A stretch of 64,000 nt of DNA. Origin: Verrucomicrobiia bacterium. GTDB taxonomy: Bacteria > Verrucomicrobiota > Verrucomicrobiia > Palsa-1439. Both the position numbers and the translations under genes were made by a program. Where the stretch lies: the NCBI GenBank assembly GCA_035541135.1, contig DATKNW010000041.1, positions 30,565-94,564 on the forward strand, given 5' to 3'. Of this stretch, positions 1 through 10,900 are shown in pieces (within the stretch, counting starts at the first letter, position 1; each line of letters opens with the position of its first letter). The notes below the pieces were generated by a model. The model was not told where the DNA came from, did not search any database, and was given only the letters and a program-made list of their open reading frames with translations.

Positions 1-1525
1 TTGGCTCGAATCGGAGCGTGTCGTTCTGCAACTCGGCTGGACCAGATACGACAAAGAACTGTACTGGCAGACCGGCGTCTGCTGTCGCGTGAAGTTCCAT
101 GCTCTTTGTCCCAAGGCGCTGATCCGGGATCTTGGGGAAATCAATCGTCTGCGGCTTCCCTTCCTTGTTTATGACGTTGACCCAAAAGTGAATCGGCCGG
201 TCCGCCGAGCGATATTCGTTGTTGCCCGGGTGATATGCCATCCCCCACGGTTCCCACGGCGGTCCTTGCCGAACCACCCCGCCGCGTCCGAGCCACACGC
301 GAAACGTATCCGTTCCCGTCTGTGTGATCGCGCCCGTGCTGACCTTGTACAGAATTGGCCCGGGCGCGTGGCCCACTTCCGCGCCGCCGTAGAGGTTCGT
401 GGGCGAGCGATCGAGAAATGCGGCCTCGACCTTCCACGTCACGCCATCTTCCAAGAATTGCGGATGAATCTCCGCCGTGCCAGCCTTTTCCAGTGGCGCA
501 GGTTGACCGTTGATAATAAAATCGATCACCTGCGGCTTCTTGGAGAGAGGCGCTGCCATGAAGTCATTCACCGTACGGGCAAGCTCCTCGTCAAAGTACC
601 AATACGCCTTCGCCCTGTCTCCTTGCCATTTGTTGTAGGGCACCGCCTTGAAGTTGGCTGTGCCCAGCGATGACGCGTCGACCAGCACACCCGACGCCAC
701 GTCGATGGGCTTGAGGTCAACGGTCTGATTCAGCGCGGCCCCCGCGGGGAGGCGATACTGAACGGCCTTGCGAATAAACATCGCGATGACGCCAGCCGAC
801 ACCCCGTTCCAGTCGTAGTGCCCGTTTCCGAGCTCCGCGCATTCGCCAATGAGACACCGGTCGCTTCTGGCCCGAAGCTTAAGGACCGACGCGCTGTCTT
901 TGCGCCACGTCTCGCCCCAATTCGAACCGCCCACTTCGGCCCACTCGGAAGAAACGTGGAAGATCGGGACGTCGTCGGTTACGTGGCCCGGATACCAGCC
1001 CTTGTACGGCAAGATGGCGAACACGCGTTTCGGGTTCCATTCCGCCATGCCCCAAACGAACGGCGTGGCCGCCGAGTGACCCACCGCCAATAGCGGGGCG
1101 AATTCGATCTCCTGATAACCAGACTCCTTCGCCAGATCGACAAGCACCTGTTGAAGCTGGTCACCCGCGTCTTTCAACGGACCGAACTTGAGGCTGAGCG
1201 GAGGGTCACTCTTGCCAATTGATCCGGGAGAGATCCAAACGATGCCCAGTCCGGAGTCGGTCGCAGCCTGCCGAATTACTGAATCCTGAAACATCGGTTT
1301 CTCCAGCATGTTCTGCAGGCCAACAATCAGACCTCTCACACGTGTGCAATCAGGTGGAAGCCATAAGTACGCCCTCTGCTCGGAATTCGTGCCCACCGGC
1401 ACTGAGTATTGCCATACGACGGCAAATGAGGAAGGAATCGCTGTCGGCAGCAAGATTACAGCCCAAACCAAGTACGCGTATCGGAAAAACGTCGTGCAGG
1501 TTCTCGTAAGAATGGTCTTTGCCAT
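1..1525 (-). CDS. secreted alpha/beta-hydrolase-fold-like protein (C-terminus lies beyond left window edge); paralog of 42903..44573
   Basis: Not in the ORF track because it is truncated by the window edge. Manual minus-strand translation from ATG at 1525..1523 gives an uninterrupted frame to position 1 (MAKTILTRTFFRYAYLVWAVILLPTAIPSSFAVVWQYSVPVGTNSEQRAYLWLPPDCTRVRGLIVGLQNMLEKPMFQDS...EFAPLLAVGHSAATPF...). The N-terminus looks like a signal peptide. It is clearly paralogous to the 556-aa product of 42903..44573 (FLWIPPNCRRVRAVVVGQNNMIEEG..., LEFAPVAPLGHSAMASY). The plus-strand ORFs 89..673, 818..1093 and 1219..1509 are antisense artefacts of this gene. Confidence 0.7.
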   Translation of the reverse strand, partial: MAKTILTRTCTTFFRYAYLVWAVILLPTAIPSSFAVVWQYSVPVGTNSEQRAYLWLPPDCTRVRGLIVGLQNMLEKPMFQDSVIRQAATDSGLGIVWISPGSIGKSDPPLSLKFGPLKDAGDQLQQVLVDLAKESGYQEIEFAPLLAVGHSAATPFVWGMAEWNPKRVFAILPYKGWYPGHVTDDVPIFHVSSEWAEVGGSNWGETWRKDSASVLKLRARSDRCLIGECAELGNGHYDWNGVSAGVIAMFIRKAVQYRLPAGAALNQTVDLKPIDVASGVLVDASSLGTANFKAVPYNKWQGDRAKAYWYFDEELARTVNDFMAAPLSKKPQVIDFIINGQPAPLEKAGTAEIHPQFLEDGVTWKVEAAFLDRSPTNLYGGAEVGHAPGPILYKVSTGAITQTGTDTFRVWLGRGGVVRQGPPWEPWGMAYHPGNNEYRSADRPIHFWVNVINKEGKPQTIDFPKIPDQRLGTKSMELHATADAGLPVQFFVVSGPAELQNDTLRFEP

Positions 1526-1530
1526 TACCG

Positions 1531-3858
1531 TTAAGTCTCCTTTTCCAGGCACAGCACGATGGTTGAGCGCGGCGCGACTTTCAGTGGGGCTCTCAGAACG
1601 ACCCTTTTACCCGAGACCAATTCCTGCGCCTTTCGGACCCCGGCCGGTGGGCTCAGTTCATACGTCTTGTCCTTTGTCATGTTCATGCCAATGAGAAATG
1701 GGCCGTAGCGGAGGGTGTAAAACGATCCCTTGCCCGCGTACACGTTTTCATCGCCGGGACGGAACCGGACACCCTCGGGGATCTTGGCGATGGGGAGTTC
1801 CTCCCCGGCCAACGCCGAGTGAAGGTCGCCGGGGTACCGCAAGCCACCACCGCCGAAACCGAAGTTGACCCAATCGGGCCGCGTGAACGTGAGGCCGCTG
1901 GGTTCGAACTCGGTCTTCTCCCACGAAACCGCGATCCGATCGAATCGCGGAACGATGTAATGAGTGCGGGCGAGAAAGTTGATGGCATTCCGCGCCCGCC
2001 AATACAGCGACGCGTAAAGCATCTCGTCACCATGCTTGAGGGCGACCACGCCGTCTTCCTCGTCCGCCCACACAAAGTCGGGCCGACCCGCGGTCATCGG
2101 TACCCGGTGCGAACTGGGCGGCTGCGCTTTGAGCAGCTCGTACTGGTCGGGAACCTCCAAAAGCTCGGCCGTTACGCGCAGGCTCTTGTCCTTCATGCGG
2201 TCTTCGACCGATTTGAAGAACTGATTGTCCGAGAACATCTGTTGCGCATAGCCAACAGCCTCGGGATCGAGCGTGGCCGCGACCGCGTATAAAGCCGAAC
2301 CATCCCACGACACGCGCTCGCCGTAGGTCACTTCTCCCGGATAATGAGCATCGCGCCAACCGATGATTGTCTCGGCGCGCATCGCTCGGTTGCCATCCGC
2401 ATCGAGCATCGGATATCGGAAGACAGCGCGCGTGTGCGCGATCTTCTCCAACTGGCTCGCTATTGTTTTGTCGCCCGGCTGACCGGGATCGGGTCGTGTG
2501 GCGTCGTAAATCTGCGTCACCCAGTCCAACACTTCGCCGTAGTAGCCGACGAACCCCAGTTCCTTTGTCAGCCCCTTGTCCGTAAGCTGATAGTAGTTGT
2601 CACCCACGGGCTTCGCGGGGCCGTTGTCGGTGTCGCTGCCCAACCACGGCTGCAAGCCGACCGACTCGTAGAGATAATGGCGCACGTCCGGTTCTGTCAG
2701 CGCCTTGGCGGGTTCCAGAACCGCGATGCCACGATTTGCCAGGTATATGTACAAATCGGTGATCATCGATTGGTTGGTGTACAGCCGGCGGTGACGACGG
2801 TGCCAATCACGGCTCGCCTGAAGCATTGCGGAGAACCCGTCACGGCGTTTCACTTTGCCGCCCACACCATCGTTGATGTCCTCATCGAGATGGGGCGTCA
2901 ACGGTCCAATCAGCAGCCGCACCACGTCACCCGATGGTCCAAGCCCAAACCAGTCCGGATTTGGAGTCGCTGGATCCGATTCGGCCAGTCGCGGATTCTG
3001 GCGGTAAGCGACATAGATATGGTCGAGTCCGTCGATCACCTTCTCGATCATGCGCTGATTGTGCCAAGCGGCCGACCACTTCACGTGGTATGCTCTGGCG
3101 AGAAACTGCATTTGCATTTGGGTCAACGGCTTGTCCGCGGCCAACAACCCGTTGATCTCGTGGTTGATTCGGAGTTTCAGTTGATCGAGCACTTCCGGCC
3201 CGGGCTCCTTGCGGACCGGCGGATCGCCCGGAACCTTGCCCTGTTTCTCGTCGGCGGGAGGGACGAAGAAAGCATCCGTGTGAGTATACAGACGGTACAA
3301 GCCACGGGTTGGTTCCGTCATTGGTTTCTGATATTGGGCGAATGCAGTTCCGTATGGCCAGATCCGGCCGATGCTGCGGACCTCAAAATGCAGATTGGTC
3401 CGCCCCTTGGTCATCGACACTGGCAACGGCGACGTGTTGTAGAAGAAACGACCATTGTACCCCGGCGCATCGCTGTCACTGCCGAAATCGAGCAGGTCGA
3501 CGTCGCCGAGGTGACGATAACCAATCTGTTTGCCTTCGCAGAACAGGATCAGGCGGTTCGAGTTGGTGTCCGAGCCCCACAGACGAATTGTCACGTAGGT
3601 CGGCTTGTCCGGGTCGACATTGAGAAGAAACGATATGTGTCCGCCTTCCCAGCTTTCTGTTTTGGATGGGAGAAGCCGACGCGCCGGCTCATCCAAGCCT
3701 CCTTTGATGACATCACAGGCGTCGCACTGCACTTGATGTTGCTGTTCGGAATCGCGGTTGCCGAACACAAGCGTGTCCATGAGTCCGCCAGCTTTCGCGG
3801 AAGGTAATGCCAAAAGAAACACGGAGGTATAGATGAGGAACAGTGGACAGGTCTTCAC
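1531..3858 (-). CDS. secreted putative glycan-degrading enzyme (N-terminal beta-sandwich plus large alpha-helical catalytic-like region); family unresolved
   Basis: 775-aa ORF with a GTG start at 3858 that overlaps the upstream stop codon. Signal peptide MKTCPLFLIYTSVFLLALPSAKA. The first ~650 aa are paralogous to the N-terminal region of 12402..16643 (shared blocks FGN, IRLWG/IKLWGG, QIGYRH, GRFFY, MTKGRTNL, LQPWLGSD). I could not assign a GH or PL family by eye. Confidence 0.6.
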   Translation of the reverse strand: MKTCPLFLIYTSVFLLALPSAKAGGLMDTLVFGNRDSEQQHQVQCDACDVIKGGLDEPARRLLPSKTESWEGGHISFLLNVDPDKPTYVTIRLWGSDTNSNRLILFCEGKQIGYRHLGDVDLLDFGSDSDAPGYNGRFFYNTSPLPVSMTKGRTNLHFEVRSIGRIWPYGTAFAQYQKPMTEPTRGLYRLYTHTDAFFVPPADEKQGKVPGDPPVRKEPGPEVLDQLKLRINHEINGLLAADKPLTQMQMQFLARAYHVKWSAAWHNQRMIEKVIDGLDHIYVAYRQNPRLAESDPATPNPDWFGLGPSGDVVRLLIGPLTPHLDEDINDGVGGKVKRRDGFSAMLQASRDWHRRHRRLYTNQSMITDLYIYLANRGIAVLEPAKALTEPDVRHYLYESVGLQPWLGSDTDNGPAKPVGDNYYQLTDKGLTKELGFVGYYGEVLDWVTQIYDATRPDPGQPGDKTIASQLEKIAHTRAVFRYPMLDADGNRAMRAETIIGWRDAHYPGEVTYGERVSWDGSALYAVAATLDPEAVGYAQQMFSDNQFFKSVEDRMKDKSLRVTAELLEVPDQYELLKAQPPSSHRVPMTAGRPDFVWADEEDGVVALKHGDEMLYASLYWRARNAINFLARTHYIVPRFDRIAVSWEKTEFEPSGLTFTRPDWVNFGFGGGGLRYPGDLHSALAGEELPIAKIPEGVRFRPGDENVYAGKGSFYTLRYGPFLIGMNMTKDKTYELSPPAGVRKAQELVSGKRVVLRAPLKVAPRSTIVLCLEKET

Positions 3859-6800
3859 GGATGATCCTCCGCCGAGTCCTCCGTCCGGACCACGCGACCA
3901 TCCTTGCTCTCGGTGACATCCACCGAGACGTCGTTGCCATCCAAGTCGTGAATGTTGATTTCCTGAATGCGTCCATCGGCCAGTTCCACTCGCAGGCGAT
4001 CCGCGCTGGTGGCTTCGGCAGACCCAATCACCGGCGAGTTCTCGTATGGCTCAATCACCGTAAGCAGTCGGGCTTCAGTCCCGTTGATGCGGATTGCATA
4101 CGCCTTGCGCCGTTGGCTTTCGTCACCGGGCGGATAGTCGCTGCCCAGCGTCGCTTTGAAGCGCGCGGCCCCACGCCCGCTGAGATCAACCCGCACAAAT
4201 GCCGGCTGCTTGCCATCGGCTGGTTGACCCGGCGTCGCCGTCTTGTATTCCGTCCCGACGATCTTGATTGGTCCTCCAAAATAATCCTGCCCGGACTGCT
4301 TGGGCTGTTCCACGTTTACGAACGTGGGGGCGAACTCCGATAGAGGAATCTCTTTGCCGTCGGCCATCACAATTCGCGCATTCGCCCAGAACACCGTCGG
4401 CTTCCGTGACAGCTCGACCTTCGTCTCCAGCTCGAGTTGTTTGACGCCTGCAACCGACACATCAATGTCAGCTTTCCCCAGAATCCATGCGCCAAATCTG
4501 CCCTCGGACAAAACCTTTCCGTCCCCGCGCACCGTGTAGAACAAGCGCTTCTCGACTTCATGATCCTCGGGAACCGTGCCAATCATGATCTCCTGCGATT
4601 TTGGCCAAAGAGTGTGAACATCGAGTTTGAGCACGCCATTCTCGCTGGCCAGCGCGCGGGTGCCTTCGTTGTCGGCGCCCGGCCCCCACCGCATTTCGAA
4701 CCGGCTGACCGCCGGGGCATTCGCCGAGTACCAATCGCAGTCCGTCACAAATTGCGCGCCGCCGACCGGATCGGGATTCCACTGGGCATCATGCCGCAGG
4801 AACTTCTTGCCGGGCGCCTCCAGCCCCCGAAATCCTTTCATCTGAAGCAGACTCTCGAAGACGTGGGGCCGCGTGCCCTTCACATAATCCGCCAGCACCA
4901 CGTAATCATCCGTCACCACCAAAAGGCGGCGCTGAAGGATTGGCTCGGTGAAATCCGTGAGGGTTCCATACTGCGGCGCGTTCGTGGGGATGGGGACATA
5001 GCGGCCCTCGCGCCACGTCTTTTCTTCAAAGGTCTTGACCGGCACGTAATCGTACACCATTCCTCCGTAGGGGGGATTCGACCAGCGAGTAGTTGTCTCG
5101 ACCGCGGCGGCCTGCATCAGCTTTCCGGTGTGAAACAACAGGCGATTGCCCGGAGAGGCTTCCTGCATCTTCCGATCCACGACAACCATGTTGTGGGCGA
5201 TGGACGTCTGCGTGTAGAACTTGTACATGAACGGCTCGTAGCCGTACCACACCATCTCGGGATTGTAGAAGCTGCGCCCGTACCGCATCAGCGAGAGCAG
5301 GTCGGTGCGGTCGAAATGGCCGTGCGCCCAGCCGTGCGTCCCGTAGTGCAACACCGCCTGAATCTGCTCGCGAATCGGCCGGTTCTCGGTCTGCGACCGC
5401 AACATAACCAAACCAACGTTGTCCGCGAAGGCGGAGTTGCGAAACTGCTCTGGCGTTTCCGCCGGCAACTCCGGCACGCCGTAGAGCAGGTCACGTTTTC
5501 CGTCGCCGCGTTTGATAACGGCGGCATAGGCCGGATCGCGAAACAGGAAGTAGGCAATCTCGAACGGCTGTCCCCCCACTTCGGTGCGGTTTCCCGACAC
5601 CCGATTCTCCGTTGAATCGTTCACGCCGAACATGACCCCGCGGTAGTCGAGGAACGGCAACAAACTGTTCCACAAATCCGTGATCTGCCGGTAGGGACGA
5701 TGAATGGGGCCCCAGATCTCGTTGCACATCCCAAAGGGTCGGTCGGTCCCGGCTCCTCCGCGCCCGCCCGAGAGTTCGGACGAGAGCATCACCTTGGGCG
5801 AGTAATTTGCTGGAACCCACATATCTCTGAAGTTGATGCCCCATGGCTGCATGGCCAGCGCCACCTGCGAGAACTCGCTGGCGCACCAGACGTTGTAACT
5901 GATCGAGCACTCATACCACCAACCGTCATCCATCGTTCCCTTGGCCAATTGGTCGACCACCCCGGCGGGTCCGGAAAAAAAGCGCTCGGCCGCTGCCAGG
6001 TCCTGCAGCGCCAGCGCGCAATACAACGCGCCACACATTTCCGAGAGATTCCAATTGTTGATGGGGCCGTTGAGGCTCGCCTGATTGAGGGTCTCCATGA
6101 GCATTCGAAACATCCGTTCAATCTGCTGTCGATCGGACTCGCTCAGCACGTCGGCATCAAGGATCATATCGTAGACCATTGCGACGTGCTGGAAGAAATG
6201 GCCCTCTTGAACCAGGCTCTGATTGCAGGCGCGCAGGGTTTTCGGGTAACCCTCATTTGGATCGGACAATCGCCGCAAAAACTCGGCGGCTTTCTCCGCG
6301 TACTGTTTGTTTCCCGTGAGCTGCCAGGCAATTCCGCACGCCATCAGGTCGTTCTCGTTTGGGGTACGAAACAGAAACGGTCCCATCGTGTCGTCCGGGT
6401 CATTATTCGGCGGTCGGGCAACCTCGGGCACGTTCCATCGTTCCGCCCGCCGCACGTAATCGTCCTGCGCGGCCTTCGCCCAATCGTACTTCCGCGCCTT
6501 TTCGCGAACTTCCCGCCAGCGATCAGCCGTATGGAGAATGTTCGGATGCGGAAGCGCTGCGGCGGTGACGAACGTCAACGTGCCAGCGGCAGACGCGTTT
6601 CCATTGGCGATGGCCTGCAGTACCTGGTTTTCGTGGCCTCCCGCTGGGATGGACGAAGGCACGCTGACACGTACGATGCACGGCTTGCTCTCCCCGGGAG
6701 CCAGCCATAACTCTGACGGCTCCGCCGACGCGGTCATGGCTGTCCAGCCGTAGTGCATGAACGACAATCTCGCTGATTGGGGTTCATCCGTGCAATTGCC

Positions 6801-7469
6801 TACCGTCACTTGGTACTCGACATTTCCCCCCGTCGGCACCGATTTGCCCCGCACTTCGGCCTGGAGCGACACGACGGGCGCCTTGATCAGCCGGACATTC
6901 TTGATTTCGATCCGGCCCGTCTTCTGGTTGCCGGAGAATCGAGCCTTAAGCCGCAGTTCTTTGACAAATCGCAGATACGCCGTTCGCGCCTGTTCGGCGG
7001 CAAAGGCCGACCACGGAAGTGTTACCGAGTGCCAACCCGAGCCGCGCACGACCACGCTCGCCCCAACATCTCCCTGGGTCCGATCCGTCGGACAAATCAG
7101 CGCCTGGAGTTCAACCGGTTGGTCGTCGGAGAGGTGAACCTGCAGTCGCACTCCGTAGAAATCGCGCCAGTCGGCCGTGCTATCGTTCTCGATGCGAAAA
7201 CCATGTTTGTACCAGCCGCGTGGCCCGTCCGGGTAGCGAAAGACCGCTTCACCGGGGACACTCAGGGTCGCAGTCTCATCGTTGGCGGTGAGCCCCAAGC
7301 CGCTCCATCCGCCAAGTTTCGCGTCACCCAACGGCTGCATCAGCGCACCCAGGCATGTGCCTGGAATTGCGATCACAACGCTGATGAAACAGACCCATCC
7401 TCCAAAATTCATTCGTCTCGATATCGAAGTCATGCTAACCAAGCCCAATCCCCACCACATGCGTGACAC
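3855..7469 (-). CDS. heparinase II/III-like polysaccharide lyase with long C-terminal beta-rich extension
   Basis: 1204-aa ORF with an N-terminal signal or anchor (WVCFISVVIAIPGTCLGA). Central region carries the heparinase II/III-type motif block HYGTHGWAHGHFDRTDLLSLMRYGRSFYNPEMVWYGYEPF...SIAHNMVVVD, preceded by an (alpha/alpha)-toroid-like region. Alternative internal start codons exist at 7433 and 7412. Confidence 0.75.
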   Translation of the reverse strand: MSRMWWGLGLVSMTSISRRMNFGGWVCFISVVIAIPGTCLGALMQPLGDAKLGGWSGLGLTANDETATLSVPGEAVFRYPDGPRGWYKHGFRIENDSTADWRDFYGVRLQVHLSDDQPVELQALICPTDRTQGDVGASVVVRGSGWHSVTLPWSAFAAEQARTAYLRFVKELRLKARFSGNQKTGRIEIKNVRLIKAPVVSLQAEVRGKSVPTGGNVEYQVTVGNCTDEPQSARLSFMHYGWTAMTASAEPSELWLAPGESKPCIVRVSVPSSIPAGGHENQVLQAIANGNASAAGTLTFVTAAALPHPNILHTADRWREVREKARKYDWAKAAQDDYVRRAERWNVPEVARPPNNDPDDTMGPFLFRTPNENDLMACGIAWQLTGNKQYAEKAAEFLRRLSDPNEGYPKTLRACNQSLVQEGHFFQHVAMVYDMILDADVLSESDRQQIERMFRMLMETLNQASLNGPINNWNLSEMCGALYCALALQDLAAAERFFSGPAGVVDQLAKGTMDDGWWYECSISYNVWCASEFSQVALAMQPWGINFRDMWVPANYSPKVMLSSELSGGRGGAGTDRPFGMCNEIWGPIHRPYRQITDLWNSLLPFLDYRGVMFGVNDSTENRVSGNRTEVGGQPFEIAYFLFRDPAYAAVIKRGDGKRDLLYGVPELPAETPEQFRNSAFADNVGLVMLRSQTENRPIREQIQAVLHYGTHGWAHGHFDRTDLLSLMRYGRSFYNPEMVWYGYEPFMYKFYTQTSIAHNMVVVDRKMQEASPGNRLLFHTGKLMQAAAVETTTRWSNPPYGGMVYDYVPVKTFEEKTWREGRYVPIPTNAPQYGTLTDFTEPILQRRLLVVTDDYVVLADYVKGTRPHVFESLLQMKGFRGLEAPGKKFLRHDAQWNPDPVGGAQFVTDCDWYSANAPAVSRFEMRWGPGADNEGTRALASENGVLKLDVHTLWPKSQEIMIGTVPEDHEVEKRLFYTVRGDGKVLSEGRFGAWILGKADIDVSVAGVKQLELETKVELSRKPTVFWANARIVMADGKEIPLSEFAPTFVNVEQPKQSGQDYFGGPIKIVGTEYKTATPGQPADGKQPAFVRVDLSGRGAARFKATLGSDYPPGDESQRRKAYAIRINGTEARLLTVIEPYENSPVIGSAEATSADRLRVELADGRIQEINIHDLDGNDVSVDVTESKDGRVVRTEDSAEDHP

Positions 7470-7511
7470 GGCTAGTAATACGTGTCATCGTACAGATCGC
7501 CCCGCGCCTAG

Positions 7512-7940
7512 TTACGGTACCAGGACCCGCACACGATAGTACCTGGACGGTTCGTTGGTCACCCCGCCGCTGTCGACCATGTTGGTGACCACTCCCAGTC
7601 CGTTGCCCCCGCTCAAGATGTTGGTTTGACCGGTGCTGGTGAAGTTGTTCGAATAACTGCCGTCGCCTGCCCCAATCGTGAACTCCAGAACGTTTGTCCG
7701 CGAAGCGATTCCCGGCGACCACGTATTGTCGCCATTGGCACCGAGATAGGTCACCGTCACATTGCTGCCGGCGGATGTGATGCTGATGACGTGCACGTAT
7801 GCCGCCGTGTTGGTAGGATTGAAACCTGCCAGAAATTGGTTGGTGTTGCTCATCCCTTTGCCCAACGGATCGGCATTGGCCGCAGCCTGGGGACAGTTGG
7901 TGCAACCGAAGTATTGCAGTTGCCACGATTGGTAGGCTGT
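7512..7940 (-). repeat. conserved 3'-terminal gene segment encoding the shared C-terminal domain (copy 1 of 4)
   Basis: Encodes AYQSWQLQYFGCTNCPQAAANADPLGKGMSNTNQFLAGFNPTN...SRYYRVRVLVP. By eye it is about 85-90 percent nucleotide-identical to 12402..12830 and clearly related to 23321..23750 and 45689..46100. Confidence 0.8.
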
Positions 7941-10900
7941 CAACACCCCAACGCAATTCGGTTGAGCATTGGTGCTGACCCCGCCGGCCCCACTGACAAC
8001 AAGTGTCACAGTGTAACTGCCCGCGGCGTACACATGGCTCACACTGGTGGCGGTGGTGTTGGTCGTGCTGCCATCCCCGAAATTCCAGAACCGGTTGGAG
8101 ATGATGCCAGTTGAGGCGTCGGTGAACAACACCGTGAGCGGCTCGAACCCGGTGGAGGGACCGACAGAAAAACTCGCGACCGGTGCCGAGGGCGTAAGCC
8201 TGAAGACAGTACCATTGGCACTGGCCCCCGAGCCGGAGCCTTCCGTCGTTCCATAGAAATAGCCGTCGACACCCTGAACCAACAGAGCAGAGGAATTGGC
8301 GCCATCCACGCCGTTGGTAAACAACCACAGCGTCATCAGGCTGCCGTTGGTCGCAATCTGGAATACGGTGCCGTATCCGCCGTCTCCGCCGCTCTCGGTT
8401 GTCCCGTAGAGATTGCCATCGCTCCCCTGGACCAGCCCGGCATAGGGGTTGGCTCCATCGCCGCAACCAACAAACGACCAAAGACTCGTCAGGCTGCCGC
8501 TCGCGCTGATCCGAAATACGGTGCCATAAGCGCTCGATCCCGATCCGGATCCCGAGGTCGTCCCGTAGAAATTCCCATCGCTGCCCTGCACGAGTGGCGC
8601 GTAGGGGGTGGCCCCGTCCACGCCGTTGGTGAACGACCAGAGCGCTGTCAGGCTGCCGCTGGAGCTGATCCGAAATACGGTGCCATAGGCGCTCGATCCC
8701 GAGCCGGACCCCAAAGTCGTCCCGTAGAAATTGCTGTCGCTGCCTTGAACCAACCCGGCATAGGGAAACGCCCCATCACTGCCACCGCTAAACGACCAGA
8801 GGTTTGTCAGGCTGCCGTTCGCAGTGATCCGAAATACAGTGCCATAAGCGCTCGATCCCGAGCCGGACCCGTAGGTCGTCCCATAGAAATTGCTGTCGCT
8901 GCCTTGAACCAGCCCCGCATAGGGGTACGCCCCGTCACTGCCACCGCTAAACGACCAGAGGTTTGTCAGGCTGCCGTTCGCAGTGATCCGAAATACGGTG
9001 CCGTAGCCATTCGCACCACCGCCGCTGACGGTCGTCCCGTAGAAATTGCCGTCGCTGCCTTGAACCAGCCCGGCATAGGGAACCGCCCCGTCGCTCCCGC
9101 CGCTAAACGACCTGAGGTTTGTGAGGCCACCATTGGTTTGGATCGCAGAAAAGATCAGTGAGAAATTGGCCACCAAGCTCTGGTTCGTTGTCGCCGTGAA
9201 GCTGTAACAGGCCGTGGTACTGACCACCTTGCTGTGTTGGTCGGTCCAGTCCACAAAACTGTAGCAGCCGTTCGGGGTCGCGCACACCGTGACGTTGGAG
9301 CCACAGACCACGGTCCCAGTGCCGCTGATCGAACCGCCTGCCAGCGGGGAACTGGTCGCGCTAATGGTGTTTGAGGTCGGTGCAAACCACGCCACCAACG
9401 TCTCGTTGCTCGTCACCGCAATCGTGTAACAGCGCGAGGTACTGACCACATTACTGTTCTGGTCCGTCCAGTTCACAAAGTTATAGCACGCGTTGGCTGT
9501 CGCGCAGACCGTCACGTTCGACCCGCAGGGGATTGTCCCGCCACCGCTGGTCGTGCCGCCCCCAGATGGCTGGCTGATTGTGGTAATCGTGTTGGAAGAA
9601 ACAACACTGAAGTTGGCCACCAAGCTCCGGTTGGTGGTGACGGTAAAGCCATAGTTGGTGGCCATGCTGACCGCCGATCCGTTTTCTGTCCAGTCGACAA
9701 AAGCGTAGCAAGCATTCGGAGTGGCAGTCACTGTCGCCGTGGACCCATTCGTGTAGATGCCGCCCCCACCAGTGGTGCCGCCGACCGAAGGCGATGAACT
9801 CGTGCTAATCGAGTTGGTCAGCCCCGTGGTAATGCAGTTGGCCACCGTGTCTGTACCGGAGCCGCCCGCGCCATTGACGATCTCCGTCACGTTGAAAGCA
9901 CCGGCCGTGTTGTAGGTGTGGACCACGCCGCCTGTGGCCAGATTGGTCGTGCCGCCATCCCCAAAAGACCAGTACCAGTTGGTGATGCTGCCGCTCGACT
10001 TGTCGGTAAACGTCACCGCCAGGGGCGCGACTCCACTGGTCGGCGCTGCCGTGAAACTGGCCACCGGAGCGGCGCTCCAGCCCGGTACACTCACGTTGTC
10101 GAAGGTGGAAACATTCAACGAGTACGTGAGGCGGGAGCAAACCTCAAGGCCCACCAGAATCGTGTTATTGAGTGAGCTGAACGTGGTTGATCCGACCTGC
10201 GTCCACGTCGTCCCGTTGGTGGAAGAGAAACCGATGATCGTGTTTCCCGTGCGCTCCAGACGGTACCACTGGGGCAGCTTTGTTGCGTCCGCACCGAATG
10301 TCCCGGCAGAGCCACCGCCGGTCGAAGAGCGATAACCAAAGAGGTTGGTGGCAACATCCGCTGGTGTTGACCCTACCAGTACTTGCGACGACTGTCGCGT
10401 CATTTCCGCAGCCCGGGAATTATTGTTCGTGGTTTCGCGCATCATCAGACCCACCTGGTCGATGGTTCCTCCCTGAATTTCGCTGCTGAGACGCGCGGTG
10501 AGTGTGCCATTCCCCGTCATATTGAGATAGGTAAAGTGAAATATGTCGCAATTGTACCCGAAGGAAAGGTTAAGTCCTTGTCCCGCGCCTCTGACTGTGA
10601 ACACAGCGTTGGAATAGACGGCGTTGCCGACCGTGCCGACCGCGCCAACATCCTGATCCAACCACGGCGTGGGCAAGGACGGCAGTGTGGTCGTCGACAC
10701 TTGTGCGGAGTTAGTGCTTTCACCAATGCCGTTGGTCGCTGACACGACGTAATAATACAGAGTACCAGCGGCCAAGACGTTATCGGCATAGCTCGCGAAC
10801 GTCTGGACATTGGCGACGTTGGCGTACGACCCGCCGTTGGTAAGGGAGCGTTTGACGTTGTAACTCCTCGCCCCGGAACTGTTTGTCCACGAAAGCCCGA

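Noticed and set aside
89-1509. Plus-strand ORFs 89..673, 818..1093, 849..1079, 1219..1509 and 1308..1694 in the first 1.7 kb
   Set aside because: They are antisense to a long uninterrupted minus-strand frame (1..1525) that has a signal peptide and a clear paralog at 42903..44573. Their products are Arg/Pro-rich low-complexity sequences typical of high-GC antisense artefacts.
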